A stretch of 64,000 nucleotides of DNA from Ginglymostoma cirratum. Its lineage: Eukaryota. The notes beneath the pieces are model-generated. The model made no database searches. It had not been told where the DNA came from and saw only the letters and a list, made by a program, of their open reading frames with translations. A program made the position numbers and the translations under genes. The stretch spans positions 20,765,233 to 20,829,232 of the forward strand of contig JAHRHZ010000080.1 of the NCBI GenBank assembly GCA_024137785.1, read 5' to 3'. Below are positions 38,851 to 50,913 of the stretch, piece by piece. Within the stretch, counting starts at the first letter, position 1, and every line of letters starts with the position of its first letter.

Positions 38851-40841
38851 ACAATGTATTTGAATGAAGCAAGAGTTTGCAAAACCTTTATCCGCAGTGC
38901 TGCCCTTTACGAAATGCAACTGTTTTCATTGAAAGAAAACCGAGCAGGAAGTTTCCATTGAAAGTATCCAATCTTTATCTCTCAATATTGATTATTAATT
39001 TATGAAGATTCTGCAAACAGGGTCAAAACACTCAGGCTGAATGTGTTTCAATGCAATGCAATGCAGCTGCAATCAGCGTGGTATTGGAGTGAAGCACCCT
39101 AAAGTGCTGTATTGTACTTAACCAATTTACGTATGTTGTTCTTTTCTGTAATACCAAACTTTCAATGAGTTGTGCGTGTGCAAATGTTATTATTGAAGCG
39201 CATTTGTGCCAAAAATAGTAACAAGATTCTGTAGAAGCCATTACTGGCCTCAAAACGTTAACTCTATTTCTGTCTCCACAGATGCTGCCAGACCTGCTGA
39301 GGTGCTGCAGCAATATCTGGCTTTTGTGTATTTGCCACACTACTATCAATGCAGTCAACTTAAATCTGCATTATCTACACCCTTTTTCCCCAGCCTTCCA
39401 CAATTACATAAATGTTGTCCCCTCCACACTTCACATCAGCTCTGATGAAGAATCATCTAAAGAAGTAAAGATATCTTGCTGCAAATATGTGGTACCTTAA
39501 GGGACATATTCATTATGTTATTTTCATATCATGGCATGTGACCTGATGGTATAAAGCTCACATTACCTTTCTCTGTCTCCATGGATGCTGCCTGACCCCT
39601 ATGATTTCCAGCATTTTTTATTTTCACCACAGATTCCAGCATCTGCGTAATTTGGTCCTGCAATCAATGTGGTTCATCTGAGGAATACTCATCTGCTGGG
39701 TTTTATAAATTGGCTTTATTTTTGCCAAGTTTCTTTCTGCCTTTTAAAATAATGGCTGTTCACTGTACTGCAGTTCAATGGATTTTGGACGCTTTGGATA
39801 TACAGCAACACCAAGTCTCGGACAAACATTCTGTCTTCTACTCTATAAAGCTTAAATGCCTTGAATAGAAACGGTTCCCCAATCTTGGACCTCCTATCAT
39901 TCGTAGGAACATTGAATCAGAAATGGGCCATTCAGTCCATCAAGCCCACCCAGCAGCTGTAGACAATGTCCAATCATTTCCCCAAGTTACTTTCCTGCTA
40001 TATCTCCATATCTATTAATATTAGTCATATCCAGAAAATACCAATTTTTGCCTTGAAAATGCTCAATGACAGCTTTCACAGCTCTCTGGTGTAGAGAATT
40101 CCAAAGATTCACCACTGTCTGAGTGAAGAAATCCCTCCTCATTTCATTCTTAAATGGCCTATCCCTTACCCTGAGATGATGCCCCTTTCTAGAGTCACCA
40201 GCCAGAGTGATATAAATTTTCATTCTTCAAAACCAGAGAACATGCCCGGTTGCCTCAATCAGTCCACATAAGACAATCCCACCGTCACAAGGATTAACTG
40301 GGCGAATCTCTGTTGCATTCCTTCTATGGTAAGTACATCTTTCCTTCGATAAGGAGACCAAAATTGTACACAGTACTCCAGGTGAGCTTTCAACAAGACC
40401 CTGTTCAACAGCCAATACCAATACTGTGATGCTTACATTAGCTCCCCTAACATAAGGATGAAACGTAGGTCACATAGTACTGAAGACTAATGCTCCCCCA
40501 CTACTGAGCAGGTCCGAGCACACCAATCAGCATGGCATGCTGCAAGAGGACAGAGCTCAGTAAGACGGAGACATGTGAGCTTTATACCATTAGATCACAT
40601 CCCGTGATATGAAGATGACATAATGAGTATATCCCTTAAGGTACCACATATATGAGCAAGATATCTTTTATTCTGTACTTAGATCCCCTTGAAATTAATG
40701 CCAACCTACTGTTTGCTTTCTTAATTGCGCCTGGACACTAGGTATTAGTGACCCATGGACAAGGACACCCACATTTCACAACCTCTGACCATTTAAGAAA
40801 TATTACAGCATTTTTACTACCAAAATAAATAACTTCACACT

Positions 40842-41232
40842 TAGATTTTGGAGTAGATTTGTAGCTCGGGTTGTGGATGTTGTGGTTGGATGGCTCACCG
40901 AGCTGGTTCGTTTTCTTCTCCGCAGACATTTCATTACCCTGCTGGGTAACATCATCAATGCAGCCTCCGACGAAGCGCTGTTCTGTTTTCCCGCCTGGTA
41001 TTTAAACTCTGGAGTCCGTTGAGCTGGATTACCTCACTTCCGGTTTTTCTTCATAGTGGAGCGTATATGGGGTCGAGCTCTATGTGTTTGTTGGTGTCTT
41101 TCTTCATGGAGTACCAGGATTCTAGGAATTCCCGTGCTTGTCTCTGCTTTGCTTGTCCCAGGATTTTGGTGTTGTCCCAGTCGAATTGGTCGTTCTCCTT
41201 ATCCATGTGGATAGAGATGAGTGACAGTTCTT
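40842..41232 (-). mobile_element. Penelope-like element 3' fragment of a second family, with hammerhead-like core
   Basis: Minus-strand SLISIHMDKENDQFDWDNTKILGQAKQRQAREFLESWYS...HIELDPIY (GIY-YIG C-terminus); TTGATGA-TGTTACCC-AGCA-GGGTAAT-GAAA-TGTC at 40958-40925. Confidence 0.8.
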
Positions 41233-41965
41233 TTGGATTTTAAATTCCCACCCAGTTTGATATAATCAAAACATTTGGAAACATTATGATTGGTTGCCAT
41301 ATCCAAATCATTGCTATCCTGTCACCCTGAAAATTATCTGTTTATTCCTACTCTCTGCTTTCTGTCTAACTGATTCTTAATCAGTATAATCTAAACTAGT
41401 ATATTCCCCTAATCTCATGTGCTTTCATTTTATTTACTAACCTCCAGCATGGGACCTTATCAAAATCCTTCTGAAAATCCAAATACACATCATCAACAGG
41501 TTGTCCTTTGTCTATGGTACAAGTGAAATCCTCAAAAAACTCCAAGTTTGTCAAACGTATTTTAGGTTATAAATCTGTGTTGATTAAACCCAATTTTATC
41601 ACTATTTTCTAAATGTTCAGTTATCACATCCATTATAATAGATTCCAACACTTTCCCCGCTATGGCTGTAAAGCTAAAGGTCTGTAATCCCCATTTGTTC
41701 TCTCTTTTTAAATAGTGGCGTTACAGTTGCTATCAGCAGGAAAGTTTCCAGGCTATAGAATTATGAAACAAAATGCATCCACTATCGCTATTGATACATC
41801 CTTCGGGACTCTGGAATGAAACTCATCTCATCCAGGAGATTCATCAACCCTAAGTCCACTTATTTTTCACCCTCTTGACCAGTACTAATTTTTTTTTAGC
41901 TTTTCATTGACATAGGTTCCTTGGTCACATGGTTTCTCTGGGTGATTTTCTGCATCTTTTCTGCA

Positions 41966-42309
41966 GGGGAGGCAATGCCCTAGTGGTGTTATTGCTGGAC
42001 TGTTAATCCAGAGACCCAGATAACATTCTGGCGATCCAGGTTCAAATCCTGCCATGGCAGACAGTAGAATTTGAATTCATTAAATACCTGGAATTAAGAG
42101 TCTAATGAATCCCTTGTCAATTGTCTGAAAAACCCATTTGGTTCATTAATGTCCTTTAGGGAAGGAGACTACCATCCTTACCTGGTCTGGCCTACATGTG
42201 ACTCCAGACCCTCAGTAATGTGGTTGACTCTTAACAGCCCTCTGGGCAATTAGGGATGGGCAATAAATGCTGCCTAGCCAGTGATGCCCTTATTCCCTGA
42301 ATGAATAAA
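41966..42309 (+). mobile_element. SINE family B copy nested in CR1
   Basis: Collinear with 4026-4381. Confidence 0.8.
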
Positions 42310-43120
42310 GAAGAAAAGTCTTCTTCTGAAAAGACAAATACAAAGTAATAGTTTGTGCTTCCACCTTTCCCTGTTCTCCTGTCCCCACCTGCAATTAGCC
42401 CATACTTTATCCTTGCTAATGTTTTCCCGTTAATGTACTGATAGAAGCATTTACAGTTTGCCTTTGTGTTTCCTCACTAGCTTGTATTCACATTCTTCTT
42501 TCCCTCATCAATTTCTAGGTCCTCCTTTGTTCGGTCATAAATTGTTCCTAATCCTCTGGTTTATTCTATTTTGACATTCTTGTAAACCATTTCCTTTGAT
42601 CTAGTGCAACTCTACATATTTTGTTGACCATGGTTGAGTTAAGTTTCCTTGTGGGTGTATATCTGTTATAAACCATGTAGTGTTTATTTAAATACTAGCC
42701 ATTGTCTGTCTGCCATCAAAACCTTACGAGGATTTTCCCAATCCAACCCTAGCCAACTTGCCTCTTAGACACTCAGAGTTTCCTCTGCTCGGAATTAAGA
42801 TCCTAGTTTCAGAATGAACTACTCACATCATGTTTGAATTGTTGTCACTATTACCTATAGGCTCCCTCACTACAAAGTTTTTAAACAACAAATTCAACCT
42901 GATCTTTAATTGGCTTCACAACATACTGTTCCAGGAACCCATCTGGTACGTGCTCCAGGAATTCACTTCCCACAGCATTCGTGCTCTCTCGGTTAAATCG
43001 GTCTATATGCAGATTGAAGTTGTCCATTATTATTGATTAACCATGTGACATGCATCTCCAATTTCCTGGTTTATTGCATGCCCAGCATGAGCTCTACAGT
43101 TTGATGTCCTATGAAGAAGT

Positions 43121-43441
43121 GAAGGCGGTGATGTAGCAGTGATATCTATAGACTGGTGAGCCAGAACCCGAGATTAATGAATGATCTGGACATGAATTCA
43201 AATCCCACCGTGGTAACTGGTGAAATTTGAATTCAGCAAAAATCTGGAATAAAAAGTAATGGCAATCATGTGACCATTGTTGATTGTCGTAAATATTAAT
43301 GTCCTTTGGGGAAGGAAATCTGCCATCATTACCCGGTCTGGACTACATGTGACACCAGACCCACAGCAGTGGGGATGGGCAAATTAGGGATGGGCAATAA
43401 ATGCTGCCTGGCCAGTGACTCCCCCATCCCTTGAATGAATA
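43121..43441 (+). mobile_element. SINE family B copy
   Basis: Collinear with 4026-4381, with internal deletions. Confidence 0.75.
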
Positions 43442-44658
43442 CAGAAAATTGAACGGTAAATAATTATATAGCATAGAGGTAGTCCATTTAGACCCATTCC
43501 TGGTGTTTATGTTCAACATGAGTCCTCTCTACGTCATCTTACCCTGTCAGCATTTCTTTCTGTTATTTATTATTGTACTGTCTGTAAAGATGAAGAGCTA
43601 ATTAGCAGCAATCCATTGTACATTGGGTAAGTGTTCCAGAGGGGCCACATTCATGGCTGCAGTGGAAATCTGCCTTTTGTATATCACAGCACTGGCCCAA
43701 CAGGTCTTCTACCTTAAAGCATTGCAGATTAGAATGAAGTAAAAAGCTCCCAACTTTGTACGCCTAATATATCATTATTTCAAGCATCTAGGAACTGAAA
43801 GACAGAATTCCTTTCTGCCTTGGGTCTTACCCAACTTCCTGTTATTGATGGAATAATCATCACGGCTTACCTCTGTATATGTCAATATTTAGTGATTGAG
43901 AACAGAAATGCACTGTCTACAGAATACGGAATACATTAATAAATGTTGCTGATGTTAAATACTAGTTGCACAGAAGTGACACAGAATGTGATAAATCATA
44001 TTTTATTCTTTCACCTGTAACAGGGATTTGCACAATATCATCCTGTAATTCTACTTTCATAATCATCACATTTACAGAGTGTATATTCAAAGAGTTCATG
44101 TTAGTTTGGCTCAGTCTGTGACACTCTTGCCCCTTTGGTTGATCAGTTTATGAAAGAGAGTTTGAGCTCCACTCTCCAGATGTGATAAAATGCAGCACTG
44201 AGGGAGAACTACTCTGTCAGAGGTGTCATGCTTCAGTTGTGCTGTTGAGCTTGGGGTACCAGCTACCTGGTTCTTGGTTTGCCTAGAGCTTAAAGGACAA
44301 CAAGAACAACTCAACAGGCTCCTCAGACAGCAATGTGCAAACTTGTGACCACTGCGTCTAGAAGGACAAGGGCAGCAGATATAGAGGAAAACTACCCTCT
44401 GCAAGATCCCCTTCATGCTACTCAGCATCCTGACTTGGAAACGTATTGCCTTCCCATCAGTGTCACTGGGTCAAATTCCTGGTATTCCCTCCCTAAGGGC
44501 ATTGTGGGTCAACCCACAGCATATGGATTGCAGCAGTCCAAGATGTCAGCTGACCACCACCTTCTCAAGGGCAACTAGGGACAGGCAATAAGAGCTGGCC
44601 CAGCCAGCAACACCCACATCCTCAGACTGACTCTTAAACAGGACTAATTAAAGAAAAG

Positions 44659-44758
44659 TTTTTCTGATGAAGGGTCTAGGCCCGAAATGTCAAGTTTTCC
44701 TGCTCCTATGATGCTGCTTGACCTGCTGTGTTCATCCAGCTGCACACCTTGTTATCTC
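44659..44758 (+). mobile_element. 100-bp Penelope-derived monomer with intact hammerhead-like core and 11-bp TSD
   Basis: CTGATGA-AGGGTCTAGGCCC-GAAA-TGTC at 44664-44691; TSD TTAAAGAAAAG at 44648-44658 and 44759-44769. Confidence 0.8.
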
Positions 44759-45406
44759 TTAAAGAAAAGGAAGGTGTTTTTAGTGTCCATGGCCTGCTGA
44801 GGGGCAAAGTCACCCATGATCCTGTGCTTCTGCACAACATCTAATGATTCCTATTGGGAAGTATTTGGCCAATGAGAGGAGAGGCACAAGGTTAGCAAAA
44901 CATCTGACCCTCCCATGTAAAGAACGGTTATGAGCATAATGTACTTATGCCAGCCCCAGTAAAGAATAATTGCACAGAACCTTCCTAGCCAGAAGGGAAT
45001 AAATGGAAAGAGTGTGCATAATTAGTTGGTTTTGTTGGCGATCGCAAAGACATTAAAAGTGGTAATTTTCTGATCAGCATCACTGGGAGAAATTATTCCT
45101 GCACCCAGTGTATCCACACAGCCCCAGTCTATTGCCAACAGCCACTGCTCCACATGTAACCTGGGAGACTGGAATTGCAGTCCATCTGTAACAGCTGCAA
45201 ACTCCGAGGCAGAGCAAACAGTCAACGTGGGAACATAGGAATTTGGAAATGAGAAAGACCAGAGTCCATTCAGTTTCCTTCTCTACCATTCTGATAGGTG
45301 TAATACCACAACACTAAATTATTGACTTAGGATACAAACATCTGAATTAGGAGCAGGAGTAGGCCACTCAGCCCTTCGTGCCTGTTCTCCAAATTCAATT
45401 AAGATC

Positions 45407-45625
45407 ATTTCAAAGATAGTAGGAACTGCAGGTGCTGGAGAATCTGAGATAATAAGGTGCGGAGCTGGATGAACACAGCAGGCCAAGCAGCATCAGAGGA
45501 GCAGGAAAGCTGACGTTTCAGGCCTAGACCCTTCTGAAGAATGGCCTAGGCCCGAAACGTCAGCTTTCCTGCTCCTATGATGCTGCTTGGCCTGCTGTGT
45601 TCATCCAGCTCCGCACTTTGTTATC
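45407..45625. mobile_element. Penelope-derived fold-back element with 12-bp TSD
   Basis: Inverted arms of about 83 bp; TSD TCAATTAAGATC at 45395-45406 and 45626-45637. Confidence 0.82.
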
Positions 45626-45889
45626 TCAATTAAGATCGTGCCTGAAACGATTATTCCACATTCCTGCCTGTCACCCTCAGAACATAAGAACTAGGAGTAG
45701 GAGTGGGCCATTCAGCCCCTCGAGCTGGCTCCACTATTTAATACAATCATGGCCGATCTCCTTTCAGCCTCAACTCCACTTTCCTGCCCACTCTTCATAA
45801 CCCTCCAAAGCATTACTCATTAAAAACCTGTCTATCTCCACCGTAAATTTACTCAGCATTTTGAAGCTGCTACTCTAATCCTAAAATAT

Positions 45890-46100
45890 ATCCAAGATGT
45901 GGAAGTGCCTTGTTGGACTGAGGCGGACAAAGTCAGAAGTCACACGACACCAGGTTATAGTCCAACAGGTTCATTTGAAATCACAAGCTTTCAGAATTAA
46001 GTGAAGTCACTTCACCTGACAAAAGAAGCAGTGCTCCGAAAGCTTATGATTTCAAATAAACCTGTTGGACTATATCCTGATGTCATGTGACTTCTGACTA
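45890..46100. mobile_element. Fold-back element of a third family, probably Penelope-derived
   Basis: AGTCAGAAGTCACACGACACCAGGTTATAGTCCAACAGG..AAGCTTTC inverted against GAAAGCTT..CCTGTTGGACTATA..TGTGACTTCTGACT; degenerate core at 46016-46045; monomer at about 56170-56255. Confidence 0.7.
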
Positions 46101-47418
46101 TAATAATGTCATAATCTTTCACCTCCTTGCCTGTCAAGAAGCTATCTATCTCTGCCTTTAAAATACTTAAAGACTCCGCTTCCATTGCATTTTCAGGAAG
46201 AGAGTTCCAAAGAAAATAAATTTCCTTATCTCTGTTTTGAATAGGTAATCCCATATTAAACAGTGTCCGCTCAATCTGGATTCCCCAAAAAGAAACATCG
46301 TCTCCATCCATCCTGTCAAGAACCCTTATATCTTTCAATCAAGTTACCTCTCATCCTTCTAAACTCCAGTGAATACAAGCTTAGTCTGTCCACCCTTTCT
46401 TCATAAGACAACCTTCCCATTCCAGGTGTTAGTCTAGTAAACGTTCTCTGACCCGATTCCAGTATATTTACATCCATCACTGTGATTACACTCTATCCAA
46501 TTGGAAAATCCCCAGTGGTGGAGAACCCTGAGATCTAGGGGTTCAAAGTTACCTAAAAACTGAAATTGCAGGAGAAACTCATCAGATCTGACAGCATCCG
46601 TGGAGAGAGAAAAATGGCGATTACATCTCAGGTCAAATGTGGCTTCTTCAGAACTGAAGGATGTTCCGAAGGATCATTTCAAACTCCAAATGTCAACTTT
46701 ATTTCTCTCACCACAGATGCTTCAAGACCTGCTGAATATTTTCCAGCAATTTATGTTTTTATTTCAGATTTCCAGCATATGCAATAGTTTGCTTTCATTC
46801 CAAAGTCACCTGCTCCTCTCAAAGATGTTGCACTTATCACAGGTTGTCTCAAATTATTTATGTGATCAATCCCAGAATGTTGCCATCTGAATGATGTCTA
46901 TTTAATGTATGTGGTCTGAACCGAGTCATAACACAGTGAGCTTGGGTACAAGTACACGTAGTCTGATTTTATCATATTAGTTATAACTGGTCACCTGAGC
47001 TAGCCCATGGAAAGAAATAGAAATTTACATTTATATACATTTTCATGACTATCAGATACCTTGGAGCGCTTCACTGACAATGGACTACTTTTCACATGTA
47101 GTCACCACTGTAATGTCAGAAATGTAGCAACCAATTTGTGCACAGCAATTTCCCACTATCAGCAATGTAATAATGACAAGGCAATCCTTTTAATGTTAAG
47201 GTATAAATATTGACTAAGACACCATGGAGAATTCTCTCGCTGTCCTTCAAACAGTGCAAGCGATCTGAAGGCATAGACAGAGCCATGGTTGCAATATTTA
47301 GCTGTGAACCCAGCCTCCCCTTAAAGATCAGCTCAATGCTGGCATTTCCACCACTGCCCAGTCATGTCATCAATGAAAAGATCTTTAAATGTCAGTAGAT
47401 CTAAGCTGCCTGAATGCC

Positions 47419-47668
47419 ATTAACCCAGTGATGACCATTAATCCAGTAATGAGCATGAACCCAGTGATAATCATTGACTCATTGATGACCATTAATCCAG
47501 TAATGAGCATGAACCCAGTGATAATCGTTGATTCATTGATGACCATTAATCCAGTAATGAGCATGAACCCAGTGATAATCATTGACTCATTGATGACCAT
47601 GATGGAACATGACCATTGATTCATCGATGACCATTTACTCAGCAATGACCATTGCCCCGGTGATGACA
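47419..47668. repeat. 18-bp minisatellite with 54-bp higher-order unit
   Basis: CCAGTGATAATCATTGAC/TCATTGATGACCATTAAT/CCAGTAATGAGCATGAAC starting at 47461, 47515 and 47569, with decayed 18-mers on both sides. Confidence 0.9.
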
Positions 47669-47672
47669 GCGC

Positions 47673-47859
47673 TCACTTTTGGGTTGTGTCTGAGCTTGTC
47701 TTTTTGTGGTCACCATTGCAGCATCCACAGAGACAGTGGGGAGGCTGGTACCACCAGAGATTGTGCCTGTTTAGCATGTAGTAATGAAGCAGATCTGTCA
47801 ACAACAGGGCCACAACACAGAGACCGTACACAAAGACCACAGCCATTGATCCGTAATTA
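47673..47859 (-). CDS. SHISAL1-like exon: TM segment and Cys-rich cytoplasmic tail
   Basis: Strong acceptor ttttcttctcaccccccccag; NYGSMAVVFVYGLCVVALLLTDLLHYY...; TGA at 47675-47673 overlaps a possible donor (AA|gtgagc), so the true C-terminus may be spliced. Confidence 0.78.
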
Positions 47860-50800
47860 CTGGGGGGGGTGAGAAGAAAACAAGACAGGACACAAATCAG
47901 CTATTAATGATGAACAGCAGAGTACCTGTAATAATAAGTTAGGAAATGTCACCAACACAATTTCAAACAGTCAATCAATAATGAAGCAACCTTTCCTATC
48001 ATGGCATCTATTTATTGTAATATTGGAGAGCTTATGTAGCAATGGGTAGTGTCCCTGTCTCTGAGCCAGAAGCTTCAGGTTCAAGTCCCATTTCAAGACT
48101 TGATGGCCTCGGACACTGCATTTATGACACAGGCAAGTAGGTTGAGGATCAACCTGTAAATCCTTACAATTCACACCAATGGCAGGATGTAAGAGTGGGA
48201 GAGATTCTTGGTCAACCATGTGATGGAAAGAACACTGCAGCCACTTCCATCATCATCCGTGGCTCCAGAGTGCAACATGTGAAAGTGCATGTTGCTACAA
48301 AGGCTCAGTTCCCTTTGGGGAGCCAGTTGGCTGGTGCAGGTACGATCAGTGCTCGTTCCCTGTTCCAGCCTGGGCTGGATATTCGACCTGCCTCCTTGCC
48401 CTACCTATGATGAAGGTGGCAGCACCAGGCATTGGATCTGCCTTTGTGCAGAGAACTGAAGAAGATGATTTAATCAAACAATAGCCATTGCTACTCTTAC
48501 TGGAAGGTACAGGAACTTGATCTCTGGTCTGTATTTTATCAGCTGACCTCAGCTATGGCAATAAAGGTAAGATATTTGACAGTCTGTGCTCCAGGATTAC
48601 AGATAGACCCTTTGCTCCCCGCCCTTCCATGCCCAACACACGTCTCAGGGGTTACAGGGCAGCATCCAGATGTGGGAACATTGGCTGAATTCCAGCACCT
48701 CCTGTCTTTGGCTTCTGATCTGACAAAGGGTCACTCGACCTGGAATGTTAACACTGAATTCTCTCCACGGATGCTGCCAGCTTTGCTGAGCTTTTCCAGC
48801 AATTTCTGTTTTTGTGTCAGCAATGAGCTGCTCCCACCAAGACAACAATCATCCTCTGACTCACTACTACTACACCTCACTTTCCAATCATTAAATTTAA
48901 GAAAACCCACTTTCCTTTCAATTGGCACGGTGGGAGGTCCATGATGGGGAGGTGATGGCCTCGTGATATTATCACTGTACTGCTAATCCAGAGACCCAGA
49001 TAATGTTCTGGGGACCCAGGTTCAAATCCTGCCATGGCAGATTGTGGAATTTTAATCCAATAAATATCTGGAATTAAGAATCTAATGATGACTATGAATC
49101 CGTTGTCGATTGTCGGAAAAACCCATCTGGTTCATTAATGTCCTTTAGGGAAGGAACCTGCCATCCTTACCTGGTCTGGCCAAAATGTGACTCCAGACCC
49201 ACAGCAATGTGGTTGACTCTTAACTGCCGTCTGGGCAATTAGGGATGGGCAATAAATACTGCCCAGCCAGCAACACCCTAATCCTGTGAATGAATAAAAT
49301 AAAATGAAGACACTCCAACTCAAAGCCATCACTAGTTTGACAGCTATCCCGTGAACCTGCACTATTCTCCTGCACCTGCACATACGCTGGTCCCATTTTC
49401 ATACGTACACAGAGCTCCTGGTCTGTGCTGACTTGTTCATTTTCATTGTGCTCTGAAATTCAGCTTCATTGCAGCAATATTTCAAGGTTTGGTTGCTCTG
49501 ACGACAGCAGTGGGTTTGTCTCTGATCTTCATTAAGCCGCGGACAGTGGAATCCAGAGTGGTACTTTTTTGCAGCATCCAGATACGGCTCACAGATCCTG
49601 TACTTAGAAGCAGAAACTGAAAGGCGAGAGGTTATTGTCAGGTCAACATACATTGTGGTTTCAACAGAGGTACAATGCAACTGCAATTCAGGGCAACAAC
49701 ACAACCAAACATCGAAGACTGTGAATATTTTCAGGAAACCAGGCCAACAGATGGCAGATGCAAGTTGATAATCCATAAACAGTCAGGAATAAAACTTTAT
49801 TTTGTCCTTTTCCTACTTCTTCAAAAACCTCCCTTCCTCTTCACAAGCGTGACAGTTAGTGCACAGACCTACTCTAATATTTTACCCAAACATCTCTTTT
49901 TAATGCAATAGTCTAGACAGCAAGTTCAACAGTTTTTTAACTTGTCAAGGTAATCATTAATGGCCCTATCTTGTCCTGATTCATTGCCAAACCAACATCC
50001 CAGCATCAACGAATGGGCAGAGGTGAGACAGACAGGGAGTGCCACCCATGGCTCAGTGGGTAGTACTCTCACTTTGAGTCAGGAAGTTAGAGCCTAGGTT
50101 GACAGCGCACTATGAGAGAGTCATCACACTGTTAGGATAAGACATTAAACTGAAACCCTGATCATACTCTCAGGTGGACATAAAAGCTCCCATGAGACAT
50201 TTTAAACAATGGTAAGGAAGTTCTCACATGGGTCCCGGCTGTTAACTGTGTATTAATTATATTTAATTAAATGCAATTGGTGGTCATTGACTGATGATTC
50301 ACCTAGATCCCTTGACACAGACTGAAACTACGTTTGTTCAGTTAGGAGCTGCATGCTTATAATATGGAACTCTGTGAATACATTTAACTGTGTAAAAATT
50401 AGTGCACTACTCTCTGCACCAGTTGGCTTTCTGCATTAAAACACTGGCCAATATCTTCCCCTTAACTAACGATGCTAAAACAGACTATCTGGTTATTTAT
50501 CATATTGCTGCTCATGAGAGTTTGTTCTGTGGAAATTAGCTGCTGCACTTCCTACATTGTCCCAGTAACTACACTTTTCAAAACGTTCTTAATTGTTTGT
50601 ACAGCACATTGGGACCGGAGATTGTTGAAGATTCTATACACATGCAATTACATAATGTAGGAGCAAATTTCTGCAGATCCTGGAATCCATAATGGAAACA
50701 AACAGTGCTGGAAGTCACAACAGGTCAGGCAGTATCCATCAGCTCTGCTGAAGAGTCATCTAGGCTTGAAACATTAGCTTGCTCTCTCTCCACAGATGCT

Positions 50801-50913
50801 GCCTGACTCGCTGTGGTTTCCAGCATTTTGTGTTTTCAGTTCTTTCTTCACATACCTGTTACCAGTAATTCACACAGCAGCAGTGAAGTCAGGAGTTGAC
50901 AGAAACGTGACAT
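47673..50913 (-). CDS. Shisa-like 1 (KIAA1644)-like single-pass membrane protein, spliced CDS (453 nt, 150 aa)
   Basis: complement(join(47673..47859,49409..49616,50856..50913)): MSRFCQLLTSLLLCELLVTVSASKYRICEPYLDAAKKYHSGFHCPRLNEDQRQTHCCRQSNQTLKYCCNEAEFQSTMKMNKSAQTRSSVNYGSMAVVFVYGLCVVALLLTDLLHYYMLNRHNLWWYQPPHCLCGCCNGDHKKTSSDTTQK*. Signal peptide, six-Cys shisa domain and TM segment resemble recalled SHISAL1 (RVCEPY..YHFGFHCPRL..CC..KYCCNETEFQ..NY..YG..LDLLYY). Orthology is uncertain, so no symbol is given. Confidence 0.85.
48946..49298 (+). mobile_element. SINE family B copy
   Basis: Well-preserved copy in a SHISAL1-like intron. Confidence 0.8.
49409..49616 (-). CDS. SHISAL1-like exon: shisa Cys-rich ectodomain
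   Basis: cctttcag acceptor, gtacgt donor (phase 2); RICEPY..GFHCPRL..HCC..KYCCNEAEFQ. Confidence 0.9.
50040..50650 (+). mobile_element. Ancient DeuSINE (SacSINE1-like), interrupted
   Basis: CATGGCTCAGTGGGTAGTACTCTC..GAGTCAG head and Deu-like GGATAAGACATTAAACTGA..CTCTCAGGTGGACATAAAAGCTCCCATG; related decayed copies at about 15985-16260(+), 35140-35340(+), 44095-44245(-), 47020-47270(-) and 59180-59680(-). Confidence 0.6.
50856..50913 (-). CDS. SHISAL1-like exon: start codon and signal peptide
   Basis: gccatcATG; MSRFCQLLTSLLLCELLVT; CAG|gtatgt phase 1 matches the next exon; candidate upstream acceptors near 50949 and 50969. Confidence 0.8.

Larger units (their letters stand above)
39905..43095 (-). 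mobile_element. Long decayed CR1 LINE hosting three nested insertions
   Basis: Minus-strand CR1 motifs (tail at about 39910, [24 protein letters not shown], endonuclease IMDNFNL near 43030); interrupted at about 40415-40670, 40842-41232 and 41966-42309. Confidence 0.75.

Noticed and set aside
45022-45160. Candidate extra terminal exon of the SHISAL1-like gene (ctcccag acceptor, phase fits AA|gtgagc)
   Set aside because: The segment resembles decayed ancient repeat sequence seen elsewhere in the window and the peptide has no recognisable homology; RNA evidence is needed.
47389-47619. Repetitive ORFs on both strands (MNPVIIIDSLMTINPVMS)
   Set aside because: Explained by the 18-bp repeat period; no independent start or splice context.
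47673-47675. TGA as selenocysteine, given the Cys-rich tail
   Set aside because: No recognisable SECIS, and the position is not a conserved Cys.
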